DNA of 64,000 nt from a phage: sequence record PZ496580.1; one strand, given 5' to 3'. Each line of letters opens with the position of its first letter. Within the stretch, counting starts at the first letter, position 1. Under the pieces are notes generated by a model. The model was not told the origin of the DNA. It worked only from the letters and a program-made list of their open reading frames with translations, and searched no databases. The position numbers and the translations under genes were made by a program. Below, piece after piece: positions 1 to 12,099 of this stretch.

Positions 1-1827
<1,827 letters not shown>

Positions 1828-1858
1828 CGATAATGCATAAAAAGATGAGGAAATTCTA

Positions 1859-3865
1859 ATGACTCTATTATCACCGGGTTTCGAAACGAAAGAAACTACT
1901 CTCTCCACTACCATTGTGCAATCTGCGACTGGTCGCGCGGCACTGGTGGGTAAATTCCAATGGGGTCCAGCTTTCCAGATTGTTCAAGTAACTAATGAAG
2001 TTGAATTAGTTAATAAATTTGGTCAGCCGGATAATAACACCGCAGACTATTTCATGAGTGGGGCTAACTTCCTCCAGTATGGTAATGATCTGCGTGTTGT
2101 TCGTGTACTGAATAAAGAAAAAGCAAAAAACGCAACTGCACTGGCTGGTAACGTAGAGTTTGAAATCACAAACGAAGGTTCAAACTATGAAGTTGGAGAC
2201 ACTATCAAGATTAAACATAACCGTCAAGATATTGAAACGGCGGGTAAAGTAACTAAAGTTGATGGTGATGGTAAAGTTAAGGGCGTATTTATCCCAACTG
2301 GTAAAATTATCGCTCACGCTAAAGCAATCGGTGTATATCCAGAACTTGGTGGCGGTTGGACGGCAGAGTTCACTTCTTCGTCAGGTAACGGTAGTGCGGC
2401 GCTGTCAGTAACTAAAATTGTTACTGATTCCGGTCTTCTGTTAACGGATCTGGAAACTTCCCGCGCCAATATCACAAATCAAACTTTCTTGACTAAACTC
2501 AAGAAGTATGATATGCCAGCGGTAAGCGCGATCTATGCTGGTGAGATTGGCAACTCGCTGGAAGTTGAAATTCTGGCGCGTAGTGCGTTTAAGAACACTG
2601 CACCGGATCTGACCATGTATCCTTATGGTGGCGAGCGCACCGCAGCACGCAACCTGATTCCATATGCACCGCAGAATGATAATCAATATGCATTTATTGT
2701 TCGTCGCGATGGTGTTGTGGTAGAATCCTATGTACTGTCTACTCTGAAAGGGGATAAAGACGTATATGGCAATTCTATCTATATGGACGACTTCTTTGCT
2801 CGTGGTTCTAGCCAGTACATCTATGCAACCGCTCAAGGGTGGGTAGATGGTTTCAGTGGCATTATCTCTCTTGCTGGTGGTGTTTCTGCTAACGAATCCG
2901 CAACTGCTGGTGTTGGTGTTGGTGCTGATCCGTTCATTGGCGCAATGATGAAAGGATGGGATCTGTTTGCTGAACGTGAATCTATTCACGTAAACCTGTT
3001 GATTGCTGGTGCATGTGCTGGCGAAGGCGATGCGTTCTCTACCGTACAGAAACATGCTGTTTCCATCGGTGATGAGCGTCAGGATTGCTTAGTGATGGTT
3101 TCTCCGCCACGTAGCACTGTTGTTAATATTCCGGTCACTACCGCAATTGATAACCTGATTGCATGGCGAGAAGGAAAGAGCAATTATTCAGAAAACAACA
3201 TGAACATTAATACCACTTACGCGGTTATTGATGGTAACTACAAGTATCAGTATGACAAATATAACGATGTAAACCGTTGGGTTCCGTTGGCTGCTGATAT
3301 TGCCGGTTTGTGTGCTCGCACTGATGCTGTATCTCAGCCGTGGATGAGTCCGGCAGGTTATAACCGTGGTCAGATCATGAACGTGGTTAAACTGGCAATC
3401 GAGCCTCGCAAGGCGCACCGTGATCGTCTGTATCAGGCCGCAATTAACCCGGTAATCGGTGCTGGTGGTGAAGGGTTTATCCTGATGGGCGATAAAACCG
3501 CTACGACTGTTCCTAGCCCGTTTGACCGCATTAACGTTCGTCGTCTGTTTAATATGCTGAAAAAGAATATCGGCGATTCAAGCAAATACAAACTGTTTGA
3601 AAACAACGATAACTTTACTCGCGCTTCCTTCCGTATGGAGGTTTCGCAATATCTCAGCACGATTCGCTCTCTGGGTGGCATTTATGACTTCCGAGTACAA
3701 TGCGACACCACGAACAACACGCCGGATGTAATTGATCGTAACGAATTTGTTGCTAGTATGTTCATCAAACCAGCAAAATCGATCAACTATATCATGCTCA
3801 ATTTCACTGCTGTTGCAACTGGTGCTGATTTTGACGAAATTATCGGTCCAGCTAACCAGGCATAA
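1859..3865 (+). CDS. 18: Tail sheath protein (gp18)
   Basis: 668 aa; size and position match T4 gp18; N-terminal MTLLSPGFETKE sheath-like start. Confidence 0.9.
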   Translation: MTLLSPGFETKETTLSTTIVQSATGRAALVGKFQWGPAFQIVQVTNEVELVNKFGQPDNNTADYFMSGANFLQYGNDLRVVRVLNKEKAKNATALAGNVEFEITNEGSNYEVGDTIKIKHNRQDIETAGKVTKVDGDGKVKGVFIPTGKIIAHAKAIGVYPELGGGWTAEFTSSSGNGSAALSVTKIVTDSGLLLTDLETSRANITNQTFLTKLKKYDMPAVSAIYAGEIGNSLEVEILARSAFKNTAPDLTMYPYGGERTAARNLIPYAPQNDNQYAFIVRRDGVVVESYVLSTLKGDKDVYGNSIYMDDFFARGSSQYIYATAQGWVDGFSGIISLAGGVSANESATAGVGVGADPFIGAMMKGWDLFAERESIHVNLLIAGACAGEGDAFSTVQKHAVSIGDERQDCLVMVSPPRSTVVNIPVTTAIDNLIAWREGKSNYSENNMNINTTYAVIDGNYKYQYDKYNDVNRWVPLAADIAGLCARTDAVSQPWMSPAGYNRGQIMNVVKLAIEPRKAHRDRLYQAAINPVIGAGGEGFILMGDKTATTVPSPFDRINVRRLFNMLKKNIGDSSKYKLFENNDNFTRASFRMEVSQYLSTIRSLGGIYDFRVQCDTTNNTPDVIDRNEFVASMFIKPAKSINYIMLNFTAVATGADFDEIIGPANQA

Positions 3866-3899
3866 TCAGTAAATTAGCATAGATTAAAAGTTAAATCAA

Positions 3900-3924
3900 G
3901 CGGGGAGAAAATCCCCGCTCTATT
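3900..3924 (+). terminator. Hairpin GCGGGGAGAAAATCCCCGC plus T-rich tail after gene 18
   Basis: Perfect inverted repeat followed by TCTATT. Confidence 0.5.
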
Positions 3925-3938
3925 AAGGAATATCAATT

Positions 3939-4433
3939 ATGGCACTCGATTTGAATGATATTACACGCGGTTTCGAGTCTGGCGATTTTGCTCGTCCTAA
4001 CCTGTTTGAAGTTGAGATCCCTTATCTGGGGCAAAACTTTAAGCTGATGTGTAAAGCGGCAACTGTCCCTGCTGCAACCGTAGAAAAAATCGCTATAGGT
4101 TATCAAAACCGTAAAATTAACATCGCTGGCGACCGTGTATATGACGACTGGACCATCACTGTATTCAACGATGACGCGCACAAGATCCGTGATGCTATCG
4201 TTGCATGGAGCGATCAGACACATGGCACTGGATCGGCGATCACTGGCGCAACTCCTGCACAATATAAGAAACAAGCTATTGTTCGTCAACTTAACCGTAA
4301 CACCGAATCAACTAGCGAAAAAACATTGTACGGTATTTTCCCGACCAACGTTGGTGAAGTAACCCTAGATTGGGAACAAAACAACGAAGTTGAAACGTTT
4401 GAAGTTACTTTTGCTATCGATTGGGTAGAATAA
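3939..4433 (+). CDS. 19: Tail tube protein (gp19)
   Basis: 164 aa; size and synteny with T4 gp19. Confidence 0.85.
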   Translation: MALDLNDITRGFESGDFARPNLFEVEIPYLGQNFKLMCKAATVPAATVEKIAIGYQNRKINIAGDRVYDDWTITVFNDDAHKIRDAIVAWSDQTHGTGSAITGATPAQYKKQAIVRQLNRNTESTSEKTLYGIFPTNVGEVTLDWEQNNEVETFEVTFAIDWVE

Positions 4434-4445
4434 ATATATTATCAT

Positions 4446-4471
4446 GCGGGGAGAAGTTCCCCGCTTAATTT
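4446..4471 (+). terminator. Hairpin GCGGGGAGAAGTTCCCCGC after gene 19
   Basis: Inverted repeat followed by TTAATTT; near-copy of the hairpin after gene 18. Confidence 0.5.
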
Positions 4472-4491
4472 CTCCCAATTCGAGGTGAATA

Positions 4492-6057
4492 ATGTTTAGT
4501 AGATTAAAAATGCTTGCGCGTTGGGCTGATTTTGACAACGACAAATACGAAGAACAAATTAAAGATAAAGCAGAGTCTATCGCCGCACCTAAAAACAATG
4601 ATGGTGCTACGGAAGTAGAAATTAATGATAACTCCCCGGCTAGCGCATGGAACTCTCTTACCCAGCAATTTTACAGCACCGACCAGAAAATCAGTACAAC
4701 TAAGCAATTAGTTAACACATATCGCGGTTTGATGAATAACCATGAAGTCGAAAACGCTGTACAAAATATCGTTAACGATGCGATTGTATTTGAAGAAGGT
4801 CATGACGTTGTTTCATTAAATCTTGAGGCGACTGGTTTTAGTGAATCTGTAAAAGAGCGCATTCATGAAGAATTTAAAGATCTTTTAAACACTATCCAGT
4901 TTGATAAGCGCGGTCAGGATATGTTCCGTCGCTGGTATGTCGATTCGCGTATTTTCTTCCATAAGATCATCGGTAAAAATCCAAAAGATGGTATCGTAGA
5001 ATTACGCCAGCTTGATCCACGAAATCTTGAATATGTTCGCGAGATCATTACAGAAGACACGCCAGAAGGTAAAATTTATAAAGCAACGAAAGAATATTTC
5101 ATTTACACTGTAGGCAATAGCTCTTATTGCGCAGGTGGTCAAGTATTCTCTCCTAATAGTCGCGTTAAAATCCCGCGTAGTGCTATTACATACGCTCACA
5201 GCGGCTTGATGGATTGCGATGATAAATATATCATTGGTTATTTGCATCGGGCTGTTAAGCCAGCAAACCAGCTTAAATTGTTGGAAGACGCAATGGTCGT
5301 TTATCGTATCACGCGTGCACCGGAACGCCGAGTGTTCTTTATTGATACCGGAAACATGAACAACCGCAAGGCTGCACAGCACATGAACTCAGTGGCACAG
5401 TCTTTTAAAAACCGCGTTGTTTATGATGCATCGACTGGTAAACTTAAAAACCAGCAAGCAAATCTATCAATGACAGAGGACTACTGGTTACAGCGTCGAG
5501 ATGGTAAAGCAATCACCGATGTTACTACTTTACCGGGTGCCTCCGGTATGAGTGATATCGATGATATTCGCTACTTTAACCGTAAATTGTATGAAGCGTT
5601 GCGTGTACCATTGTCACGTAGCAATCTCTCCGATGCTAATATGGTGATCGGTGGTGACGGTTCAGAAATTACTCGCGATGAGTTGGAATTTTCGAAATTC
5701 ATTAGAACTCTGCAATCACAATTTTCGGAAGTATTGCGCGATCCGCTTAAATATAATCTGATTCTCAAAAATGTAATTACGGAAGACGATTGGGATCGTG
5801 AAATAAATAATATCAAGGTGGTTTTCCATCGGGACTCTTATTATACAGAAGTTAAAGACGCGGAAATTTTAGAACGTCGAATCGGTCTAATCGAACGTAT
5901 CGCCCCTTACATTGGTAAGTATTTCTCCAACCAGACAGTGATGCGTGACATTCTGAAATATACCGATGACCAGATGGACACCGAGAAGAAACAGATCGAA
6001 GAAGAAGCGAACGATCCGCGCTTTAAACAAACTCCCGATGAAATAGAGGATTTTTAA
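4492..6057 (+). CDS. 20: Portal vertex protein (gp20)
   Basis: 521 aa; size and position as T4 gp20. Confidence 0.9.
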   Translation: MFSRLKMLARWADFDNDKYEEQIKDKAESIAAPKNNDGATEVEINDNSPASAWNSLTQQFYSTDQKISTTKQLVNTYRGLMNNHEVENAVQNIVNDAIVFEEGHDVVSLNLEATGFSESVKERIHEEFKDLLNTIQFDKRGQDMFRRWYVDSRIFFHKIIGKNPKDGIVELRQLDPRNLEYVREIITEDTPEGKIYKATKEYFIYTVGNSSYCAGGQVFSPNSRVKIPRSAITYAHSGLMDCDDKYIIGYLHRAVKPANQLKLLEDAMVVYRITRAPERRVFFIDTGNMNNRKAAQHMNSVAQSFKNRVVYDASTGKLKNQQANLSMTEDYWLQRRDGKAITDVTTLPGASGMSDIDDIRYFNRKLYEALRVPLSRSNLSDANMVIGGDGSEITRDELEFSKFIRTLQSQFSEVLRDPLKYNLILKNVITEDDWDREINNIKVVFHRDSYYTEVKDAEILERRIGLIERIAPYIGKYFSNQTVMRDILKYTDDQMDTEKKQIEEEANDPRFKQTPDEIEDF

Positions 6058-6276
6058 ATGAAACAATTTATCGAAGCAATTAAAACTCGCGATCTAACGC
6101 TGATCGAAAAAGAATTTGATAAGATCATGGAGGCTAAAAAAGCCCAGATCATCGAATCCCAGCGTGTCGAAATCGCATCCAGTGTCATGATCGAAGGTGA
6201 AGAAGAAAAAGACCGCGATGATGAGGACGACGAAGATCACAAAGACGATAAAAAAGACAAAGAAGACGACGAATAA
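6058..6276 (+). CDS. 67: Prohead core protein (gp67-like), acidic C-terminus
   Basis: 72 aa; position between 20 and 68; highly acidic tail. Confidence 0.6.
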   Translation: MKQFIEAIKTRDLTLIEKEFDKIMEAKKAQIIESQRVEIASSVMIEGEEEKDRDDEDDEDHKDDKKDKEDDE

Positions 6277-6288
6277 TAGGAAGCCAAC

Positions 6289-6696
6289 ATGATTAAAGAT
6301 TTTACTCCTAAAGCTGACTTGGAAACTTTTCTGCCGGAAGCACAGGAAAAATTGGACATGTTGGCTATGTTTGAGTCAGAAGAACTATTGAAAATCGTTG
6401 AAGGTATCTCCGAAGATGAGCCAGAATTGGCTGTAGCAATGTTGTCTATTATCGACGGAATTACTGTAAACGAAGCAATGGTTAAACATGTAAACGCACG
6501 CGGGGAAGTTGCACGTAAGAAAGATCGCAAAACCCGTGAGCGTAATGCTTACATGACTACTGGCCTAAGCAAAGCTAAACGCCGTCAAATTGCCCGTCGT
6601 GCTGCAAAAACCAAACGTGCAAATCCATCTATCGAACGTCATGCGGAACGTAAACGCAAAAAAGCAATGCGCAAACGTAAGGCGTTAGGATTATAA
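6289..6696 (+). CDS. 68: Prohead core protein (gp68-like), basic C-terminus
   Basis: 135 aa; synteny; Lys/Arg-rich C-terminal tail. Confidence 0.6.
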   Translation: MIKDFTPKADLETFLPEAQEKLDMLAMFESEELLKIVEGISEDEPELAVAMLSIIDGITVNEAMVKHVNARGEVARKKDRKTRERNAYMTTGLSKAKRRQIARRAAKTKRANPSIERHAERKRKKAMRKRKALGL

Positions 6697-6707
6697 CAGG
6701 AAACAAC

Positions 6708-7403
6708 ATGGAAAAGAACGAATTACTGATCGAACAATGGGGCGTTCCTTGTGCTCGCGGTAGTTCGTCATTGCTTGAATCATTTGATGATAAGGCTACA
6801 GGAAATCTCTATATTCAAGGGATTTTCCTGCAAGCCGAAACGGTAAACCGTAATAAACGCTGGTATCCTCGCAGTGTTCTAGAAAATGCGGTTACTAAAT
6901 ACATACATGAACAAGTTGAGACACATCAAGCTCTAGGCGAACTTAATCACCCAGCAAGAGCAATGCCAGATCCATCTAATGCTTGCATCATAATTGAAAA
7001 ATTGTGGTGGGAAGGTAATAACGTGATGGGTAAAGCCCGTGTTATTGAAGGGGATAAAGGCGCAGGTGATAAACTTGCTGCACTGATTCGCGCTGGCTGG
7101 ATTCCTGGCGTTTCATCCCGTGGGTTGGGTCGTTTAAAAGACTCTGGTCGCGGATACAATATTGTACAGGAAGGTTTTGTGTTGACGGTTGGTGTTGATG
7201 TTGTATGGGGTCCGAGCGCACCAGATGCGTGGGTAACTCCGGTGGTTGAGTCAACGGATAGCGATTCTAGCGCGTCAGACGCACCAGAAAGCGATAAAAC
7301 CGAAAAAGTGACTAACACTACAGCCTCACAACAAAACATCGTAGAATCGAATAATAGCGCGTTTATGGCGCTCGCAGAAGCGTTATCTAAACGCTATAAA
7401 TAA
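6708..7403 (+). CDS. 21: Prohead core scaffold protein and protease (gp21)
   Basis: 231 aa; strong similarity to T4 gp21 (LLIEQWG..GIFLQAE.VNRNKR.YP..ALGELNHP..). Confidence 0.85.
   Translation: MEKNELLIEQWGVPCARGSSSLLESFDDKATGNLYIQGIFLQAETVNRNKRWYPRSVLENAVTKYIHEQVETHQALGELNHPARAMPDPSNACIIIEKLWWEGNNVMGKARVIEGDKGAGDKLAALIRAGWIPGVSSRGLGRLKDSGRGYNIVQEGFVLTVGVDVVWGPSAPDAWVTPVVESTDSDSSASDAPESDKTEKVTNTTASQQNIVESNNSAFMALAEALSKRYK
7395..7402 (+). promoter_or_regulatory. Late promoter TATAAATA upstream of gene 22
   Basis: Exact TATAAATA about 33 nt upstream of ATG. Confidence 0.45.
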
Positions 7404-7434
7404 TAACGTCGTTATCAACAAGAAGGTTATAACC

Positions 7435-8229
7435 ATGCTTAAAGAAATGCTGCTCGAAGAAGCAAAACAGATCACCGTAGACGTTGCTCTCGATGACCTG
7501 TTTGAATCCGTCGAACTGTCGCCGGAAGTAAAAGAAAATTTTGGTACTATCTACGCTCAAGCGGTAAAAGCTAATGCTGTTGCACTGGCAGAAAGCCACA
7601 TTGAAAAAATCGCCGCTAAAGCCGATGAACTGGTAGAATCAAAGGTCGAAGAAGCACGCACCGAGATCGAAACCAAACTGTACGAAGATGCGGATAAATT
7701 CCTGAATCACTTAGGAGCTAAATGGCTGGCAGAAAATAAAGAAGCCGTTACCCGTAATATTAAAGCGGATCTGTGCGAATCCCTGATTGGTTCTCTGAAA
7801 GATGTTTTCGTTACTCACAATGTTGTAGTACCGGAAGAATCTGTAGACGTTGTTGCTGAACTTGACGAAGCACTCAAAGAAGAAAAAGAAAAAACATCTG
7901 AACTCTTTGATGCCAAACTGCAACTTGAAAGCGAAATTCGTGGCATGAAGCGCGAACAAGCGATCAATGAAAGCACTCGTGATCTTTCCGATACTCAGAA
8001 AGAAAAAGTAACCGCGCTGATTGAAGGTCTGGAATATAGCGAAACTTTCGATAAGAAATTAACTGCAATTGTCGAAATGGTTGCTAAGAAAGAAGACAAA
8101 CCAGCGAAGATTGAAGAATCACTAAATACTGATGCCGACAAGCTGAATGTTATTGCAGAAGCTGTCGAAGAATCAGAGAAAAAGGCAACTGTAGATTCCG
8201 GCGTATCCCGCTACCTGAATTTCATCTAA
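7435..8229 (+). CDS. 22: Prohead core scaffold protein (gp22)
   Basis: 264 aa; acidic coiled-coil-like composition; synteny. Confidence 0.8.
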   Translation: MLKEMLLEEAKQITVDVALDDLFESVELSPEVKENFGTIYAQAVKANAVALAESHIEKIAAKADELVESKVEEARTEIETKLYEDADKFLNHLGAKWLAENKEAVTRNIKADLCESLIGSLKDVFVTHNVVVPEESVDVVAELDEALKEEKEKTSELFDAKLQLESEIRGMKREQAINESTRDLSDTQKEKVTALIEGLEYSETFDKKLTAIVEMVAKKEDKPAKIEESLNTDADKLNVIAEAVEESEKKATVDSGVSRYLNFI

Positions 8230-8247
8230 TGTAATTCAAATCTACTT

Positions 8248-8255
8248 TATAAATA
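8248..8255 (+). promoter_or_regulatory. Late promoter TATAAATA upstream of gene 23
   Basis: Exact TATAAATA about 34 nt upstream of ATG. Confidence 0.55.
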
Positions 8256-8288
8256 CTTTAGGTTAACAACAAACAAGGTTTAAAGAAC

Positions 8289-9875
8289 ATGAAAACTACC
8301 AAAGAACTGATGGAAAAATGGTCCCCGCTGCTGGAGAACGAAAAACTGCCGGAAATCGCAACTGCGTCTAAGCAGAAACTGGTTGCTAAAATTCTGGAAT
8401 CTCAGGAAGCGGATTTTGCTGTAGATCCGATCTATAAGGATGAAAAAGTTGTTGAAGCATTTGGCGGCTTTATCACCGAAGCAGAAGTTGCTGGCGACCA
8501 CGGTTATGATGCATCCAAAATCGCCGCAGGTCAGACTACTGGTGCAATCACCAACGTAGGTCCGGCTGTTATCGGTATGGTTCGCCGTGCTATTCCTAAC
8601 CTGATCGCATTTGATATTTGTGGCGTTCAGCCGATGAGCACCCCGACTAGCCAGATCTTTGCAATCCGTTCTGTGTACGGTGGTGATCCGCTGGCTGAAC
8701 ACGCTAAAGAAGCATTCCATCCGATGTACTCTCCGAATGCGTTCCATAGCTCTCTGGCTGCTAAAGGTGCAACCACTGGTTCCCCTACTGGTACTGCATT
8801 TGGTAAATTAACTCTGCAAACTGCTATTCCTACTGGCGATATTGTATATCACGTATTCGCAGAAACTGGTATTGCATATCTGCAAAACGTAACTGGTGAA
8901 TCTGTAACACCACAGAAAGCAGGTAGCGAATCCGAAGATGAAGTAGTAATGAAGCTGATGGAAGAAGGTAAACTGGTAGAAATCGCTTTCGGTATGGCTA
9001 CCTCTATTGCCGAAATTCAGGAAGGCTTTAACGGTTCTCGTAATAACCCGTGGGCTGAAATGTCAATGCGTATTGACAAACAGGTTGTTGAAGCGAAATC
9101 TCGCCAACTGAAAGCCCGTTATTCTATCGAAGTTGCGCAGGATCTGCGTGCTGTACACGGTATGGATGCTGACGCTGAACTGAATGCTATCCTGGCTAAC
9201 GAAGTTCTGCTGGAAATCAACCGTGAAATCGTTGACGTTATCAACTTTACCGCACAGGTTGGTAAGACTGGCATGACTCAGACCGTTGGTTCTAAAGCTG
9301 GTGTATTTGACCTGCAAGACCCGATCGATACTCGCGGTGCTCGTTGGGCTGGTGAATCCTTCAAATCTCTGATCTACCAGATCGACAAAGAAGCTGCTGA
9401 AATCGCTCGTCAGACTGGTCGCGGTGCTGGTAACTTTGTTATCGCTTCCCGTAACGTTGTAAACATTCTGGCTTCTGCTGATCAGGGTATCAGTGTTGCT
9501 ATGCAGGGTGCTGCAAAAGGTCTGAATACCGACACCACTAAAGCTGTTTTCGCTGGTGTTCTGGCTGGTAAGTACAAAGTATTCATCGACCAGTATGCTC
9601 GTCAAGACTACTTCACCGTAGGTTACAAAGGCGACAACGAAATGGATGCTGGTATCTACTATGCGCCGTATGTTGCTCTGACTCCGCTGCGTGCGACTGA
9701 TCCGCAGTCTTTCCACCCGGTTCTGGGCTTCAAGACTCGCTACGGTATCGGTATTAACCCGTTTGCAGACAGCAAAACCCAGGCACCGTCCGCTCGCATC
9801 ACCTCCGGTATGTTGAGCAAAGACAGCGTAGGTAAAAACGCATACTTCCGCCGTGTATGGGTTAAAGGTTGCTAA
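8289..9875 (+). CDS. 23: Major capsid protein (gp23)
   Basis: 528 aa; size, composition and position match T4 gp23. Confidence 0.95.
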   Translation: MKTTKELMEKWSPLLENEKLPEIATASKQKLVAKILESQEADFAVDPIYKDEKVVEAFGGFITEAEVAGDHGYDASKIAAGQTTGAITNVGPAVIGMVRRAIPNLIAFDICGVQPMSTPTSQIFAIRSVYGGDPLAEHAKEAFHPMYSPNAFHSSLAAKGATTGSPTGTAFGKLTLQTAIPTGDIVYHVFAETGIAYLQNVTGESVTPQKAGSESEDEVVMKLMEEGKLVEIAFGMATSIAEIQEGFNGSRNNPWAEMSMRIDKQVVEAKSRQLKARYSIEVAQDLRAVHGMDADAELNAILANEVLLEINREIVDVINFTAQVGKTGMTQTVGSKAGVFDLQDPIDTRGARWAGESFKSLIYQIDKEAAEIARQTGRGAGNFVIASRNVVNILASADQGISVAMQGAAKGLNTDTTKAVFAGVLAGKYKVFIDQYARQDYFTVGYKGDNEMDAGIYYAPYVALTPLRATDPQSFHPVLGFKTRYGIGINPFADSKTQAPSARITSGMLSKDSVGKNAYFRRVWVKGC

Positions 9876-9945
9876 TTAAACTCCGGTCGGGTGCAATGCC
9901 CGACTTATCATAAACCTTATGACAGTGTAAAGTGTTAATTCCAAA

Positions 9946-9977
9946 GGGAAGACTCGAAAGGGTCTTCCCTTTTTGCG
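9946..9977 (+). terminator. Rho-independent terminator after gene 23
   Basis: GGAAGACTCGAAAGGGTCTTCC hairpin followed by CTTTTTG; a second hairpin lies at about 9885-9905. Confidence 0.6.
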
Positions 9978-9990
9978 TATTATATCCCGT

Positions 9991-9998
9991 TATAAATA
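9991..9998 (+). promoter_or_regulatory. Late promoter TATAAATA upstream of the inserted fibre-like module
   Basis: Exact TATAAATA about 38 nt upstream of the ATG at 10037. Confidence 0.45.
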
Positions 9999-10036
9999 AG
10001 GTTGCAAGCCTATATTCTAAGGGGAGCGAAAATTAG

Positions 10037-10345
10037 ATGCACACACTTATAAAGACCAAAACTCCAGCCGTTTCCGCGTCGGTAAACTGCGTTCATAGTA
10101 CGCACATGACAGTACAGATGACCGTAGAAGGTGCGCGGGAAGGGCAAAAAGTCATTGCGGAAGCCTCGTTAGAAGGTTCTCTAGATGGCAAAGGTTGGTT
10201 CACTATTTCAGAATTGAAAGCTGATGGTAATGAATATGCAACTGATGGTGGAGCGTTTGAAACATTATGGTCATTTATTAGGGCAAAAGTAAAATCTGTT
10301 TCTAATGATTCTACTGTAACCGTGTATCTTGCTAAACGGGGGTAA
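10037..10345 (+). CDS. Hypothetical late protein (102 aa)
   Basis: ORF with SD GGGGAG; first gene of the module inserted between 23 and 24. Confidence 0.5.
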   Translation: MHTLIKTKTPAVSASVNCVHSTHMTVQMTVEGAREGQKVIAEASLEGSLDGKGWFTISELKADGNEYATDGGAFETLWSFIRAKVKSVSNDSTVTVYLAKRG

Positions 10346-10352
10346 TTATTAT

Positions 10353-12083
10353 ATGAAGCTAAATCCACAAGCTATCATTAATGCTGGTTCCGTGAGTGGT
10401 GGTTGTTCTGGTGGTGGTATTCAGATCGGAACTAACGTACCTAGTGGAATTAAAAATACTCACCGTTTCGAAAATGAAGAAGCTAGGGATGCATATTTTA
10501 CCGAACATTTTCCAGAATTGGAGAGACTAAAAACAATTATTGTTTGTGGCGAAAAACTCCAATTATGGACGGGTAAAACAGCACAATCTCCCTACGATAA
10601 ATCAAAATGGGTCGATATGACCTGGGTTATTCAGGGTGAACAGGGTATTCCTGGTGAGAAGGGCGAAAATGGTCGTGGTATTGCTAAAATCGAAGCGAAT
10701 TTGTCCGAGGACGATCGCAACTGGACTCTAGAAGTCACGTACTCAGACGGAACACAGGAGTCTCTTGTATTTCCAGTACCAGAAGTATTAGCTAACGTTG
10801 CGCAGCGTCTATCTGCAATTGAAGTAAAATGGACTACGACGAATCCGATTAATAATCTGGATGTAACCACATCACCCGGACGCTATCCGGTAGGTGATGC
10901 AACCTATGGCAAACCTCCAATGATGGCGAATAAGGGGTCCGCAGATGTATATGTCGTTGATGGTAGCATTCTTCAAGTGGTCCGTTCTATTGATGGTGGT
11001 GTTTACTCTCGTATCCGACACAATGGTGCATGGCGTGAGTGGAACTCTCAAAGCGGGGAAGGAAGTGGTGGCGGTGGTTTAAATGGTGATCAGGAGGCGA
11101 TGTTAACCAGTCTGGGTAAACGTCTACCTGAAATTTCACCCGAAACACTGGACCTAAACACCTTGACTAAACAAGGCCGTTTCTGTTACTTTGAGGGGTC
11201 GGCAAACCGTCCAAATGGAACACAAACACATGGTTCTGTAGATGTTCATGCATGTAAAGATCATGTATTGCAGATCGCAACAAGCATTGATGGCGTAATG
11301 TATCACCGTTCCTATACAAAGAGAACTGATCTATGGACCGAATGGTTGCAGATCAGCGATCACACTGGCGGTGCTACCATTTATGCATTCCCTCGTGTAT
11401 CAAGCGTGTTTACTACGGCACAAAACCTGATAGAAGTAACTAATCCAGGAACAGGGAACGGTTCATTTTATATTCCGTGGAAATATGTTATTCATGATAA
11501 CTATGGATGCACACCACAAATAAAAGAGCCACAAAGACAGGAAGACGCTGATCATTGGTGGGTCGCGCCTAAATCCGGTAGCTATGATATGGAATTGCTT
11601 TTTGATGTTGGATTTATTAAAACACAACAAACAATTCCACCAATTTTCGTAGTAACTGCATGGCACAGGACCAATGAAGGAAATGAGCGATTAGCCGCTC
11701 GTTATAATATCGGTTTTGACGTATCAACAAAAAACCAAAAAACCAAATCTCTAAAATTGAGATTGAATCAAATACCATCCGGTGAGATGTTCCGCTGGCA
11801 AGTTACATTTAGCGGTGGTAGTTGGTCATCAAACGATAACCCAGATGTTTCACTTGTACCATTCCGCACATTGCTGATGGTCGACGAAGTAGAACACGAC
11901 ACAGCAAAACGAGTTGGTGCATTGGCGTATAACACATGGGCTAACTTCCAAGCTAAAAAAGGTCTCGCGGCAACCGTAGGTGAGGATGAACTACAAAAAG
12001 CTCGTCTTAACGCGGTTAAATGGGGTGCTATCATCGAAAGCGTTGAAGCAACTCCACAACCAGGCCAGCAACCAGTGCAATAA
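10353..12083 (+). CDS. Fibre-like protein with collagen-like Gly-X-Y run and repeated knob-like segments
   Basis: ATG at 10353 with SD GGGGG (track ORF begins at an upstream TTG); GEQGIPGEKGENG triplets; two similar segments (SILQVVRSIDGGVYSRIRHNGAWREW and HVLQIATSIDGVMYHRSYTKRTDLWTEW). Confidence 0.55.
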   Translation: MKLNPQAIINAGSVSGGCSGGGIQIGTNVPSGIKNTHRFENEEARDAYFTEHFPELERLKTIIVCGEKLQLWTGKTAQSPYDKSKWVDMTWVIQGEQGIPGEKGENGRGIAKIEANLSEDDRNWTLEVTYSDGTQESLVFPVPEVLANVAQRLSAIEVKWTTTNPINNLDVTTSPGRYPVGDATYGKPPMMANKGSADVYVVDGSILQVVRSIDGGVYSRIRHNGAWREWNSQSGEGSGGGGLNGDQEAMLTSLGKRLPEISPETLDLNTLTKQGRFCYFEGSANRPNGTQTHGSVDVHACKDHVLQIATSIDGVMYHRSYTKRTDLWTEWLQISDHTGGATIYAFPRVSSVFTTAQNLIEVTNPGTGNGSFYIPWKYVIHDNYGCTPQIKEPQRQEDADHWWVAPKSGSYDMELLFDVGFIKTQQTIPPIFVVTAWHRTNEGNERLAARYNIGFDVSTKNQKTKSLKLRLNQIPSGEMFRWQVTFSGGSWSSNDNPDVSLVPFRTLLMVDEVEHDTAKRVGALAYNTWANFQAKKGLAATVGEDELQKARLNAVKWGAIIESVEATPQPGQQPVQ

Positions 12084-12099
12084 TTAGCGGGGGTGATTG

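Noticed and set aside
2441-3055. Antisense ORFs from the six-frame track inside large structural genes (e.g. 2441-3055, 9063-9716, 33948-34550, 53335-53802)
   Set aside because: Fully embedded on the opposite strand of well-supported genes (gp18, gp23, alt, nrdA), with no ribosome-binding site or promoter context and low-complexity or odd amino-acid composition; treated as spurious.
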